A stretch of 64,000 nt of DNA from Elusimicrobia bacterium GWF2_62_30 (GTDB lineage Bacteria; Elusimicrobiota; Elusimicrobia; Elusimicrobiales; UBA9959): the NCBI GenBank assembly GCA_001799995.1, contig MGUK01000007.1, positions 25,927-89,926 of the forward strand, read 5' to 3'. The notes under the pieces are model-generated. The model ran no database searches and was not told where the DNA came from. It saw only the letters and a program-made list of their open reading frames with translations. Of this stretch, positions 1 through 9,703 are shown piece after piece. Both the position numbers and the translations under genes were made by a program. Each line of letters starts with the position of its first letter. The first letter of the stretch is position 1.

Positions 1-203
1 AGGAAAGTCTTGCCCTGCTTGGCGCAGTCTTTCATGAAGGTATAGGCCTTCTTAATTTCCTTGACCGTTTTCTGCAGGTCTAATATGTGGATGCCGTTGC
101 GCTCGCCGAATATGTAGCGGGACATTTTGGGGTTCCACCTGTGCGTCTGATGTCCGAAATGCACCCCGGCTTCAAGCATGCTCTTCATTGATACGTTTAA
201 CAT
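1..203 (-). CDS. rpsB: 30S ribosomal protein S2, N-terminal part (gene runs off the left edge)
   Basis: Not in the ORF track because it is truncated. The reverse complement translates [46 protein letters not shown], the canonical S2 N-terminus. GGAGGA lies upstream of the ATG at 201-203. Confidence 0.9.
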   Translation of the reverse strand, partial: MLNVSMKSMLEAGVHFGHQTHRWNPKMSRYIFGERNGIHILDLQKTVKEIKKAYTFMKDCAKQGKTF

Positions 204-382
204 TTTTTTACCTATCCTCCATTCACTTCCGGTTCTTTTCCCGCCCTCTAGGGGCAGGATTTCGTTGACTTATAATATCATAATTGAGCCGGGGGGTTCA
301 ACCCGGCGGCGGGCCCAGGGGAGAAAAACCGGGCCGCGGGCTGGTTTGCAACGCCTCGTCTAATTATGATAGCTTCCAGATA

Positions 383-2059
383 ATGGCCGACACGACGAAC
401 CAGGACTGGAAAGACAAGGTGTTCCTTGCGGCCTGGCGGCCCTACGCCTGGATCGCCGCAACCGGGTTCCTGCTTTATAACAGGGCGCTTTCTTTCGGGT
501 TCACCTTCCTCGACGACAACGTGCTGATACTCAACAACCTCGACAACCTCAGGAGCTGGGCCATCATCCCCCAGGCCTTTACCCGCGACGTCTTTTTCAC
601 CGCTGGCGGCGCCTTCTACCGGCCGCTCCTTACGCTTTCGCTGGCGCTCGACGCGCAGCTCGGCGGAACCCTGCCCTTCTTCTACCACCTGAGCGGCATC
701 TTCCTGCACCTGGCCGCTGCGGCGCTGCTGTACAGGCTGTTCCTGCGCCTGGAATACGGCAAAGGCCTCTCGCTTTTCTCGGCGCTGGTATTCACGGTGC
801 ACCCGGCGCTGAGCCAGGCCGTAGCCTGGATCCCCGGCCGCAACGACTCCCTGGCCGCCATCTTCGTCATCCTCTCTTTTACCCAGTTCATCCGCTTCCG
901 CTCCGGGGCGCCGGGAAGGCGGGGGGCCTACGCCCTGCATCTCGTGTTCTTCGCGCTGGCCCTGCTGACCAAGGAGTCCGCGGCCATAATGCCGGCGGCT
1001 TTCCTCGCGTACGCGCTGCTGATCTCCCGCGAGCGGTCTTTGACGGCGCTCCTGCGGGAAGCCGCGGGCTGGGCCGCGGTCCTGCTCCTCTGGCATTTTC
1101 TCCGCTCTTCGGTGCTGCAGGTTCCCGGCCTGCCGGCGGCGGCGATGGCCCGCTCCGTCTGGACCAACCTGCCGGCCTTCCTGCAGTACGCCGGCAAGGC
1201 GGTCCTGCCCGTCAACCTGTCGGTGATGCCCGCGCTGCGCGACACCACCTCCGTTTACGGGCTCCTCTCGGCGGGCGTAATAGCCTGCGCGCTGATACTG
1301 GGCCGCCCGAAACGCCGGGCGATGGTCGTTTTCGGATTTACCTGGTTCGCTATCTTCCTGCTTCCCTCGCTGATAATGAACTCCCCGGCGCAGGAGGATT
1401 TTATGTTCGAACACCGGGCCTATATCCCGCTGGCCGGCCTGCTGCTGGTCTTCATGGAGCTGGTCCCGGCGGAACTCTCCGCGGGCGCCGCGCGCCTGGC
1501 CGGCGCCGCCGGCCTGGCCTGGCTGTGCCTGCTGGCCTCCGTCACCAGCAGGCATCTCCCGAATTTCGAGGACCGGCTTAAATTCTGGGGCAGCGCGGCC
1601 GCCGCGTCGCCGGGCTCCCCGCTCATCCACCGCAACCTGGGGATAATGTATTTCACGGCGCGGCTTTACGGCCCGGCTGAAAAAGAATACCTGACCGCTA
1701 TCGCGCTCAATCCCTCGGAACCCATCGTGCACAGCAACCTCGGCGTCCTCTACATGGACCGGGGCCGCCTCAAGGAAGCCGAGAAGGCCCTGCTGCGCGA
1801 GCTGGAGCTGAATCCCCGCTACGACAACGGCCATTTCAATCTCGCCATGTTCCGGCGCGTTACGGGCAGGAAAAAAGAAATGGCCGAACTGCTGGAAAAG
1901 ACCCTTGAGCTGAATCCCGGGCACCTGTACGCGCTCAGGGACCTGGCGCTGCTGACCGCCAGGACCGAGCCGTGCCGTTCCGCGGCCTACCTCGGGCGGC
2001 TGGAGAAGCTCGACAGGAAAACCTTCCTTGCGGTGAAAAGCGCCATAGCCGCCCCCTGA
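383..2059 (+). CDS. Polytopic membrane protein with C-terminal TPR repeats, TMTC/PMT_2-like GT-C glycosyltransferase candidate
   Basis: ORF 284-2059, trimmed to the ATG at 383 (MADTTNQDW). It has an FTFLDDNVLILNN first-loop motif typical of DUF1736/TMTC-like GT-C enzymes, many hydrophobic helices, and a C-terminal TPR-like YLTAIALNP...ELELNP...TLELNP. Confidence 0.6.
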   Translation: MADTTNQDWKDKVFLAAWRPYAWIAATGFLLYNRALSFGFTFLDDNVLILNNLDNLRSWAIIPQAFTRDVFFTAGGAFYRPLLTLSLALDAQLGGTLPFFYHLSGIFLHLAAAALLYRLFLRLEYGKGLSLFSALVFTVHPALSQAVAWIPGRNDSLAAIFVILSFTQFIRFRSGAPGRRGAYALHLVFFALALLTKESAAIMPAAFLAYALLISRERSLTALLREAAGWAAVLLLWHFLRSSVLQVPGLPAAAMARSVWTNLPAFLQYAGKAVLPVNLSVMPALRDTTSVYGLLSAGVIACALILGRPKRRAMVVFGFTWFAIFLLPSLIMNSPAQEDFMFEHRAYIPLAGLLLVFMELVPAELSAGAARLAGAAGLAWLCLLASVTSRHLPNFEDRLKFWGSAAAASPGSPLIHRNLGIMYFTARLYGPAEKEYLTAIALNPSEPIVHSNLGVLYMDRGRLKEAEKALLRELELNPRYDNGHFNLAMFRRVTGRKKEMAELLEKTLELNPGHLYALRDLALLTARTEPCRSAAYLGRLEKLDRKTFLAVKSAIAAP

Positions 2060-2154
2060 ACGAACGCAGCTGTTCCCGTCCTTGCCGCGCGCCGGGCGCT
2101 GGCACGCTATTGACGTAATTTCCTATACTTGTGCTTTACGCGCCGGACACCGAC

Positions 2155-3798
2155 ATGAAAATAGCCATCGCACAGATAAATCCCAAAGTGGGCGACATCG
2201 CCGGCAACGCCGCGCTGATAGAGGCTTTCGCCCGCCGGGCCCAGGACCTCGGCGCGGAACTTGCCGTGTTCCCCGAGCTGGCGCTGACCGGCTACCCGCC
2301 GCTGGACCTGGTGGAGAGAACGGATTTCATCGACGCCAACCTCGCCGCGCTGCGGCGCCTGGCCCGCCTGAAGCTGAAGACGGCCCTCGTCGTGGGCTAC
2401 GTGGACCGCAACCCGGGGAAGAAAGGCAAAGCCCTGCTCAACTCCGTAGCCCTGCTCGACGGGGGGAAGATAGCCGCCCGGCGCCATAAATCGCTGCTGC
2501 CCACTTACGACATCTTCGACGAAGCGCGGTATTTCGAGCCGGCGCGGGAAAACAAGCCGCTCCGGTTCAGGGGCGAGGTGCTGGGCCTTACCATCTGCGA
2601 GGATATCTGGGCCGGGACCACGCTGCTGCCGAGCCGGATGCTTTACCGCAACAACCCGGTGAAGACGCTCTGCGCCGCCAGGGCCACCATCGTCATCAAC
2701 ATCTCGGCGTCGCCGTTCTACCGGGGCAAGGGAGCGCGCCGGCGCGCCATCCTTTCCGGCCTGGCCAGGCGCATGCGCGCGCATATCATCTACGCCAACC
2801 AGACCGGCGCCAACGACGAGCTTATTTTCGACGGCAACAGCTTCGCGCTTTCTCCTTCCGGCGGCCTCACCGCGCGCGGGAAAGCGTTCGAAGAGGACCT
2901 CCTGCTGGTCGATACCGCCGGCGGCCGCCGCCCGCCCGCAGAAAGCCCGCACGACGAGGCGGGCGAGATCTTCTCCGCCCTCACGCTGGGCATCAGGGAT
3001 TATTTCGGCAAGATGGGCTTTAAGAAAGCCGCGCTCGGCCTGAGCGGGGGAATAGACTCCGCCATAGTGGCCGCCCTGGCCGCCGCGGCCCTGGGGCCGG
3101 AAAACGTCACCGGCGTGCTGATGCCTTCAAAGTACACCTCGGCCCGCAGCAACGCCGACGCGCTCAGGCTCGCGCGCGGCCTGGGCATCCCGACGATGAC
3201 CGTTCCGATAAAGAACATCTACAGCGCTTTCCTGTCCGAACTCAAAACCGGCAGCGCCGGGGAAGTCAGCCTTACGATGCAGAACCTGCAGTCCCGGGCC
3301 CGCGGCACCATCCTTATGGCCCTGTCGAACGCCAATAACTGGCTGGTCCTGACCACCGGCAACAAGTCCGAGATAGCCATGGGCTACTGCACCCTGTACG
3401 GCGACACGGCCGGGGCGCTGGCCCCGATCGCCGACCTTTTCAAGACCGAAGTGTACAGGCTGGCCGCATTCCTCAACCGGGAGAAAGAGGTTATCCCCCG
3501 GGCCATCATCGAACGTCCTCCCACGGCGGAACTGAAGCCCGGGCAGAAAGACCAGGACGACCTGCCGCCGTACAGCACGCTCGACGAGATAATACGGCTT
3601 TATATGGAAGAGAACCGCACCCCGGCCGCGATAATCCGAAAAGGCTTCGGCCGGGACCTGGTGCGCTCCGTCCTGCGGCGCGTAGAGATGAACGAATACA
3701 AGCGCAAGCAGCTGCCGATAGCCCTGAAAGTAACGGAAAAGTCCTTCGGCTTCGGCCGGAAGATGCCCATAGTAAAGTCCTTGTCCTTCACCGGCTGA
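2155..3798 (+). CDS. nadE: Glutamine-dependent NAD+ synthetase (CN-hydrolase plus NAD synthase domains)
   Basis: MKIAIAQINPKVGDIAGN nitrilase-like N-terminus with the ICEDIW motif. The C-terminal domain has the LGLSGGIDS P-loop and the KRKQLP tail. Start trimmed from 2131 to the ATG at 2155. Confidence 0.9.
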   Translation: MKIAIAQINPKVGDIAGNAALIEAFARRAQDLGAELAVFPELALTGYPPLDLVERTDFIDANLAALRRLARLKLKTALVVGYVDRNPGKKGKALLNSVALLDGGKIAARRHKSLLPTYDIFDEARYFEPARENKPLRFRGEVLGLTICEDIWAGTTLLPSRMLYRNNPVKTLCAARATIVINISASPFYRGKGARRRAILSGLARRMRAHIIYANQTGANDELIFDGNSFALSPSGGLTARGKAFEEDLLLVDTAGGRRPPAESPHDEAGEIFSALTLGIRDYFGKMGFKKAALGLSGGIDSAIVAALAAAALGPENVTGVLMPSKYTSARSNADALRLARGLGIPTMTVPIKNIYSAFLSELKTGSAGEVSLTMQNLQSRARGTILMALSNANNWLVLTTGNKSEIAMGYCTLYGDTAGALAPIADLFKTEVYRLAAFLNREKEVIPRAIIERPPTAELKPGQKDQDDLPPYSTLDEIIRLYMEENRTPAAIIRKGFGRDLVRSVLRRVEMNEYKRKQLPIALKVTEKSFGFGRKMPIVKSLSFTG

Positions 3799-3801
3799 CC
3801 C

Positions 3802-5172
3802 ATGCGCAAAAGCCTTCCCGCGGTACTCCTGCTCGTCCTCTTCTGCTGCACGGCGGCCTTCGCGCAGCCGCCCAGGAAGAAGCGCGTTCTGAAAAAACCC
3901 GGCCCCAAGGCCAAGGAAGAGATCGTAAAGATCGAGCCGAAGACCAAGGACGACATCTTAAAGACCGTCTCGCATTCCACCGCCGCCTACCAGGCGGAGG
4001 GCGGCACCCTCTCGAAGATCCTGGCCGCGATAACGATAAACACCGCGCGCGGCCCGATAATCACCTTCCCCGTCGTCGATTCGAGCAAGGACCTCGGCCC
4101 GAGCTTCGGCATCATGCCGGTCATCGCGATAAAGAACAGGACGACCGGGGACATCAGATCCATACTGGTGCCCTCCGTCAGCTACAACCAGAACCTGCGC
4201 ACCACGCTCACTTACCGGCACTATATACTGCCTGACGACAAGCGCTTCTTCATCCTCCGCGCCTCCCGGTCCGAAAGGGTGGAGCGGGAACTCCTGGTCT
4301 ATTACTATACGCCGCAGCTGTTTTCCACGAATATGCGGCTCAGCGCCGAAGCCAAGCACTGGGTTACGGGCAAACCGTCCTTTTACGGCTTCGGCATAAA
4401 CTCGCAGCGCGGCGACCGGTCCAACTATTCCCTGGAGATGACGGGCGAAGAGCTGATCCTGGACGTGCCGCTGCTTAAACCCTTCTTTTTAAATTTCGAC
4501 CACGCCTACTACGGCAAGCGCGTAGGCGACGGCCCCATGGACGACGGCCAGCTGGAGGCTTTTGTCCCGGCGCTTTACCGGGAAGCCTCCCGGATGCATA
4601 CCTTCCACACTAACCGCTTCTCGCTGGTGTATGACGATACCGACCACCCGGTCCTGCCCAAGATCGGCACCTACGCCAGCGCCTCGGTCATGTACTCCAA
4701 CAGGAAGCTCGGCTCCGGTTACGAGTACCGGACCTATTCCTTCCAGGCTAAGAACTACTATAACTATAAGGAAGAGGGCCGGTACGTGACCGCCATCCAC
4801 TACCTGTTGCAGTTCCAGCGCGGCGAGACCCCGCCCTTTTACGCCATGCCGCAGTTGGGAGAGAGCACCGGCCTGCGGATGGCCGGCGACGGCCGCTTCA
4901 CCGGCAGGGGCAAATTCGTCTTTAACATAGAGGAGCGCATCACGCTGTCCAAATCGCCGTTCTACAAGTTCATCAGCGAAATGGAGATCGCGCCGTTCCT
5001 CGACGTGGGCACGGTCTTCGACAAGTATTCGGAATTCACGGCGAAGGACCTCAAATACGGCCCGGGCGTCTCCGCGCGGCTGGTAATAAGGCCGCAGCTG
5101 GTGGCGACCGTAGACCTGGCCTACGGCTCCGAAGGCACCAACGCGATCATCAAGATAGGCTACCCGTTCTGA
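3802..5172 (+). CDS. Outer-membrane beta-barrel protein, Omp85/bacterial surface antigen-like
   Basis: Signal peptide MRKSLPAVLLLVLFCCTAAFAQ, alternating beta-strand pattern, and a C-terminal ...AIIKIGYPF with terminal aromatic residue. Confidence 0.55.
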   Translation: MRKSLPAVLLLVLFCCTAAFAQPPRKKRVLKKPGPKAKEEIVKIEPKTKDDILKTVSHSTAAYQAEGGTLSKILAAITINTARGPIITFPVVDSSKDLGPSFGIMPVIAIKNRTTGDIRSILVPSVSYNQNLRTTLTYRHYILPDDKRFFILRASRSERVERELLVYYYTPQLFSTNMRLSAEAKHWVTGKPSFYGFGINSQRGDRSNYSLEMTGEELILDVPLLKPFFLNFDHAYYGKRVGDGPMDDGQLEAFVPALYREASRMHTFHTNRFSLVYDDTDHPVLPKIGTYASASVMYSNRKLGSGYEYRTYSFQAKNYYNYKEEGRYVTAIHYLLQFQRGETPPFYAMPQLGESTGLRMAGDGRFTGRGKFVFNIEERITLSKSPFYKFISEMEIAPFLDVGTVFDKYSEFTAKDLKYGPGVSARLVIRPQLVATVDLAYGSEGTNAIIKIGYPF

Positions 5173-5173
5173 G

Positions 5174-7252
5174 CTACTGGAGTTGGGAGAGGTCGGCCAC
5201 GCCTTCGAAAAGGTTCACCAGCGACTTTATAAGGTTCAGCCGGTTCTCCCGCACCTTCGGGTCTTCCGCCATCACCATCACCTTGTCGAAGAAGTTATCC
5301 AGGCTGCCTTTGATGGAAAGCAGCTCCGAAAGGCCTTTGGCGTAATCCCGGTCGCCGAGGTGGGCCTGCAGCCGCCCGGACAGCGACTTTATATCGCCGT
5401 AGAGGACCTTTTCCTCGTCCTTCTCGAAAGTACCTTCGTCGGGAGAGCCGTTCAGCGTGGACTTGGCCTGGCGCAGGATGTTCTTGGCGCGTTTGAAGGC
5501 CATGGCTATGCCGGCGAAATCCGGGTTGGCCCGCAGCGAGTGGATGTCCTTTATCCGCTCCCGGCAGTCCGGCAGGTCCGCGCCGGCCAGGAAGAACTCC
5601 CGCACGGCCTTTATCTCGTCGAAACGGTACCCTTCCTCGGAGAAGACGGCCTCCGCCCGCTGCCAGAGGAAATCCAGCAGCGGACCGGGCTCCCTCGCCC
5701 CAGCCGCCGGCGGCAGGGCGGCGAAAGCTTCGGCCACGGCCGCCCTGAAGTCCAGGCGCATGCCGTTTTCCAGGGCCAGGCGCACCGCGCCAAGGGCCTG
5801 CCGGCGGAGCCCGTGCGGGTCTTCGCTGCCGGAAGGTATCAGGCCCAGGGAAAAGTCGCAGGCCAGCGTATCGAGCTTGCCGGCCAGGGAGACCAGGGCG
5901 CCCTCAGCCGACGAAGGGAGGGGGGACCCGGCGGCGACGGGGCGATAGAATTCCCCGACGGCCCGGGAAACCTTTTCGCTCAGCCCGGAGTTCTTCGCGT
6001 AGTAGTAGCCCATTATCCCCTGCAGTTCGGTGAACTCGCGCACCAGGTTGCTGGTCAGGTCCGTATAGACATGCCGCGCCGCGGCAAGGACCTCTTCTTT
6101 GTCCGCCGGCAGGCCGCAGGCCCCGCAGAGCCAGCCGGCAAGTTTCTGCACCCGCGCGGTCTTATCGCTCATCGTGCCGAGCTTTTCCTGGAACGTGATC
6201 TCGCCGAGCTTTTTATTGAAGTCGGAGAGCGGCACGGCCAGGTCACGGGTATAGAAGAAGATGGCGTCGCGGAAGCGCGCTTCGAGCACGTTCTTAAAGC
6301 CTTCCTCGACGTTACGCTGCCCCCTGGAGACGCCGTCGCGGATCCCGACGAAATACGGCTGCAGCGCGCCTTTGGCGTCGGCCACCGTGAAGAACTTGAG
6401 CTGTTTCTTCATGACCAGGTGCACCAGCTCATGGGGCAGCTCCAGGAAGTCCTGCGAGTAGCCGGCCACCACGCAGACGGGGTATTCCACCAGGTAAAGG
6501 TTCTCGCTTAGCAGCTCCGGGTCGGCTTGCACCGAGAGCTTCATGCGCCTGGACAGCCGCTCTATCTCGCGGCGCAGCGCCTCCAGCCGCTCGGCGTCCT
6601 TGACCAGGACGTTGGCGTGTTCCAGCGTCTTGAAGTATTTTTCCGCGGAGGCTATCTTCACCTGCCGCGACCCCTTCGCGCTCAGGCCCGCGGTGACGCG
6701 CCCCGTCTTTATGCCGGCCACGGAGAACCCCACCGGCTTGTCGCCGTAAAGCGCCAGCAGGCCGCGGATCGGGCGGGCGAAGCGGAAACGCGTGCTCTCC
6801 CAGACCATGGTCTTGGGGAACTGCAGCCTGGAAATTATCGCGGGAAAGATCTCAGCGAGCGCCCTGCCCGACGGCCGCCCCGGGACCTTCGTTTCGAACA
6901 CCAGCACCTCGCCCTTGTTGGGCACGGTCTCGACGCCCAGCTTGTCCGGCGTGGTGCCGCGCGAGCGCGCAAAGCCGGCGGCCTGGGGAGTATAGTCTCC
7001 CTTTTCGTCCTTGAGAAGGCGCGCGGCGGGGCCGTAAGCCTTCTGCAGTTTTTCCTCGGTCCTGGCGGGAACGCCGGCGAGGTAAAGCACCAGCCGCTTG
7101 TAAGTGCCGCAGGCCTCTATGCCGTCGCAGGAAAGGTTGGCGGCGGCCAGCAGTTCGGCCGCGTATTTTTTCAGCTGCTCCTCGGCGGAGAGGACGAAAC
7201 GCGCGGGGATGTTCTCTATGCGGATCTCGAGCAGGGCGTCCCTCTTAAGCAT
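5174..7252 (-). CDS. glyS: Glycine--tRNA ligase beta subunit
   Basis: [19 protein letters not shown]... matches GlyS along its full length. The start at 7252 overlaps the glyQ stop by 8 nt. The track ORF extends to 7294. Confidence 0.9.
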   Translation of the reverse strand: MLKRDALLEIRIENIPARFVLSAEEQLKKYAAELLAAANLSCDGIEACGTYKRLVLYLAGVPARTEEKLQKAYGPAARLLKDEKGDYTPQAAGFARSRGTTPDKLGVETVPNKGEVLVFETKVPGRPSGRALAEIFPAIISRLQFPKTMVWESTRFRFARPIRGLLALYGDKPVGFSVAGIKTGRVTAGLSAKGSRQVKIASAEKYFKTLEHANVLVKDAERLEALRREIERLSRRMKLSVQADPELLSENLYLVEYPVCVVAGYSQDFLELPHELVHLVMKKQLKFFTVADAKGALQPYFVGIRDGVSRGQRNVEEGFKNVLEARFRDAIFFYTRDLAVPLSDFNKKLGEITFQEKLGTMSDKTARVQKLAGWLCGACGLPADKEEVLAAARHVYTDLTSNLVREFTELQGIMGYYYAKNSGLSEKVSRAVGEFYRPVAAGSPLPSSAEGALVSLAGKLDTLACDFSLGLIPSGSEDPHGLRRQALGAVRLALENGMRLDFRAAVAEAFAALPPAAGAREPGPLLDFLWQRAEAVFSEEGYRFDEIKAVREFFLAGADLPDCRERIKDIHSLRANPDFAGIAMAFKRAKNILRQAKSTLNGSPDEGTFEKDEEKVLYGDIKSLSGRLQAHLGDRDYAKGLSELLSIKGSLDNFFDKVMVMAEDPKVRENRLNLIKSLVNLFEGVADLSQLQ

Positions 7253-8129
7253 TGGCTTTCTCCTTCTTTTCCGAAGGCTCGCTGAGCCCGACATAAGCCG
7301 CCGCGCAGGCCCTGGCGATGTCGCGGATGCGCTTGATGAGGACCGCCCGCTCCGAAACGGAGATGGCGCCGCGGGCGTCCAGCAGGTTGAAGTTCTGCGA
7401 GCATTTCATCACCAGGTCGAAAGCGGGCAGGTAGTAGCCCTTGCCGGCCAGGCGGAAGACCTCTTTTTCCCAGCGGTCGAAATTGAAACGGAGGTTCTCG
7501 ACGTCCGCCTCTTCGAAATTATAATGGGAGAACTGTTCCTCCTGGCCTTTATGGACTTCGCCGTAGGTCACGCGGTCGTTCCATTTTATATCGAAGATGC
7601 GCTTCTTTTTCTGGGCGAACATCGCCAGCCGCTCCAGGCCGTAGGTTATCTCCACGGTAACCGGGTTGAGCTCGAAGGAGGCCATCTGCTGGAAATACGT
7701 GAACTGCGTCACCTCCATCCCGTCGAGCCACACCTCCCAGCCCACCCCGGAAGCGCCCAGCGTCGGCGACTCCCAGTCGTCTTCTATCCAGCGGATATCG
7801 TGCTCCGCGTGGTCGATGCCGATGGCCTTCAGGGAGTCCAGGTAGACCTGCTGGATGTTGGCGGCCGGCGGCTTTATTATCACCTGGTACTGGTAATATT
7901 TCCCGAGGCGGTTGGGGTTGGCGCCGAAGCGCCCGTCCCCGGGGCGGCGGCACGGTTCGACATAGGCTACGCTGGCCGGCTTGACGGTGAGGGAGCCGAA
8001 GAACGTGGCGGGATTGAAGGTGCCGGCTCCTTTTTCCAGGTCGTAAGGCTGTATCAGGGCGCAGCCCTGCTTGGCCCAGAACTGGCCGAACTTCAAAATA
8101 ATTTCCTGGAAATTCACTGTTGCCTCCAT
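7245..8129 (-). CDS. glyQ: Glycine--tRNA ligase alpha subunit
   Basis: [44 protein letters not shown] is highly conserved GlyQ sequence. Confidence 0.95.
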   Translation of the reverse strand: MEATVNFQEIILKFGQFWAKQGCALIQPYDLEKGAGTFNPATFFGSLTVKPASVAYVEPCRRPGDGRFGANPNRLGKYYQYQVIIKPPAANIQQVYLDSLKAIGIDHAEHDIRWIEDDWESPTLGASGVGWEVWLDGMEVTQFTYFQQMASFELNPVTVEITYGLERLAMFAQKKKRIFDIKWNDRVTYGEVHKGQEEQFSHYNFEEADVENLRFNFDRWEKEVFRLAGKGYYLPAFDLVMKCSQNFNLLDARGAISVSERAVLIKRIRDIARACAAAYVGLSEPSEKKEKANA

Positions 8130-8197
8130 GCGGCCGTGAGCCGCGACGATATTAGCGAATATTATACCTTAACGGGCGGAGGGGAGAAGGGGGGCGG

Positions 8198-8824
8198 TCA
8201 GCGCACGAACGGAAGAGTGCGCAGGTCCGCGCCGAGGGTTTCCGCGAAGAAGCGGGAGAACAGGCCGTCCACGAACACCTCCGTGGCCCTGTCCTCCTTC
8301 AGCGCGCGTACGTCCGCCCAGCTCCCGTCGTGCAGCGCCTCCCAGAGCCCGGCCTGCGGACCGGCGGCCGTTTCCCGGAAGCCGAAGCCCGCCAGGTTAA
8401 GCACCCGCAGCGTAAATGCCTGGCGCAGCCAGGGCGCCGGGCCGGAAACGTCCAGGTCGCGCAGCGCCCCCAGCAGCAGCCGGTATTTTTCAGGGGCGGG
8501 CTGCTGGGCCGCGGTGAGGCGGTTGATCACCTCGCAATAATGCAGGCCCAGGCAGAGGCTCTCCAGGTCCGCGCGTATGCCGCCGAAGGCGCACAGGGAA
8601 CTGCCGCCGGTGCAGACCGGGAAATTGGAACCCTTCTTGAGGTAGAAGCGGAAGTCGCCCCAGACCAGGGGCTCGCTGAGGGCGCGCAGTTTGCCTTTCG
8701 CCAGGCGCACGCTCTTGAAGTTGACTTCGAACTTTCCGCCGTTCTCGGTGAATACGGTGACGATCCTGTCGTTTTCACGCAGCGGACGTTTGTTGAGGAC
8801 TATCCCGTATTCGCAGAAGATCAT
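8198..8824 (-). CDS. recO: DNA repair protein RecO
   Basis: MIFCEYGIVLNKRPLRENDRIVTVFTENGGKF is a RecO OB-fold N-terminus. The track ORF (to 9055) has an Arg/Pro-rich extension that lies over the repeat element, so the start was trimmed to the ATG at 8822-8824. Confidence 0.8.
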   Translation of the reverse strand: MIFCEYGIVLNKRPLRENDRIVTVFTENGGKFEVNFKSVRLAKGKLRALSEPLVWGDFRFYLKKGSNFPVCTGGSSLCAFGGIRADLESLCLGLHYCEVINRLTAAQQPAPEKYRLLLGALRDLDVSGPAPWLRQAFTLRVLNLAGFGFRETAAGPQAGLWEALHDGSWADVRALKEDRATEVFVDGLFSRFFAETLGADLRTLPFVR

Positions 8825-8871
8825 AAGCCGGCTATATTCTACCAAAACCGCCACGCAACCACGGTGGGAAG

Positions 8872-9007
8872 GCAGGACAGGGCAGGGTATGGGTTCGGCA
8901 GGCCGTCTCGCAGGGCGAGGCTTGCGTAAGCGCCGAGCCCGAGAGGGAGCGCGGCCACGGTGTGGCCGATAGCGTGCCTGCCGGGCCCATACCCTGCCAT
9001 GTCCTGC
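8872..9007 (+). repeat. Nested-palindrome intergenic element, copy A
   Basis: 31-nt inverted arms at 8872-8902 and 8977-9007. The core carries GGC-ttgcgtaagc-GCC and GGCCAC-GGT-GTGGCC hairpins. Related copies lie at 26751-26907, 26954-27098 and 51972-52154. Confidence 0.85.
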
Positions 9008-9049
9008 TTCGCGGCGCGAGGAAGCGTAGCGCACATTATGGCGGCGGTT

Positions 9050-9078
9050 TTGCATTTTGCCGCCTTTATTTATATAAT
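9050..9078 (+). promoter_or_regulatory. Candidate sigma70-type promoter of rpmH
   Basis: TTGCAT (9050-9055), 17-nt spacer, perfect TATAAT (9073-9078). The rpmH ATG is only 9 nt downstream of the -10 hexamer and no SD is visible. Confidence 0.4.
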
Positions 9079-9087
9079 TAGAGCACT

Positions 9088-9240
9088 ATGCTACCTACAT
9101 ACAGACCAAACGTACGCAAACGCAGAAAACACATCGGCTTCCGCGCCAAAATGAAAACGGCCGGCGGAAGGAAAGTGCTCGCCCGCCGCCGCAGCAAAGG
9201 CCGCTGGCAGCTTATCCCCGACATGCCGGACCAGAAATAG
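9088..9240 (+). CDS. rpmH: 50S ribosomal protein L34
   Basis: Below the track size cutoff. Translates [42 protein letters not shown]..., the L34 signature. Confidence 0.9.
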   Translation: MLPTYRPNVRKRRKHIGFRAKMKTAGGRKVLARRRSKGRWQLIPDMPDQK

Positions 9241-9325
9241 AGAATGACGCGGATCGCGGCGGATATTATTTACCCTGAACCGGCCAAAGCCGGGCTACAG
9301 TTTTCATAATGATCCGCCGGCATCC

Positions 9326-9703
9326 GTGCCAGCCGCACAAATAGTGAAAAAGTTTGCTTTTTCAAGAGTTTCGCGCCTGCGCCTCAAGAAGGATTTTGAG
9401 GACGTCTTCGACTCAGGGAACAAGACAGCCACCAGGGACCTGGTGATGTGGAACGCTCCCGGAACCGGAACGGAAAAGAAGATCGGGCTGATGGTTTCAA
9501 AAAAGCTCGGCGGCGCGGTCAAAAGAAACAGGTTAAAAAGGCTTCTTAGGGAAGCTTTCAGGCTTACACAAGACGAGTTAAAAGGAAGCGCGCGTCTCAT
9601 CATTTATCCTAAAGCGGGCTGCGCCGTAGGAACTATGGCCCAGGCCCGTGCGGCGCTGGACAGCATCTGGCGGAAGGCGCGCTTAAAAAATGACGGTAGA
9701 TAA
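9326..9703 (+). CDS. rnpA: Ribonuclease P protein component
   Basis: Sits directly after rpmH. Basic protein with KKFAFSRVSRLRLKKDFEDVF and KKLGGAVKRNRLKRLLREAFR motifs. GTG start at 9326, with an alternative GTG at 9344. Confidence 0.8.
   Translation: MPAAQIVKKFAFSRVSRLRLKKDFEDVFDSGNKTATRDLVMWNAPGTGTEKKIGLMVSKKLGGAVKRNRLKRLLREAFRLTQDELKGSARLIIYPKAGCAVGTMAQARAALDSIWRKARLKNDGR

Noticed and set aside
278-1924. A 548-aa minus-strand ORF opposite the TMTC-like gene.
   Set aside because: Same GC artefact: an Arg/Gly/Gln/Pro-rich translation, antisense to an ORF with a coherent membrane and TPR architecture.
2098-2113. A sigma54-like TGGCACG element upstream of nadE (ctGGCACgctatTGAcg).
   Set aside because: The downstream element is TTGA rather than TTGC and is shifted by 1 nt from the consensus spacing. 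No enhancer-binding protein context is present. It is likely a chance match.
7104-8540. A 478-aa plus-strand ORF across glyS, glyQ and recO. Similar long shadow ORFs occur at 19400-20836(-), 25419-26858(-), 30799-32232(-), 33337-34377(-), 41102-42430(-), 43832-45067(-), 55695-56576(-), 57317-58453(+) and 61413-62801(+).
   Set aside because: All are antisense or out of frame relative to strongly conserved genes. They have biased R/G/P/A/H composition and lack RBSs and recognisable domains.
8825-9055. The N-terminal 77-aa extension of the recO ORF.
   Set aside because: The extension is Arg/Pro-rich and lies entirely over the palindromic repeat. The conserved RecO N-terminus starts at the internal ATG (8824).
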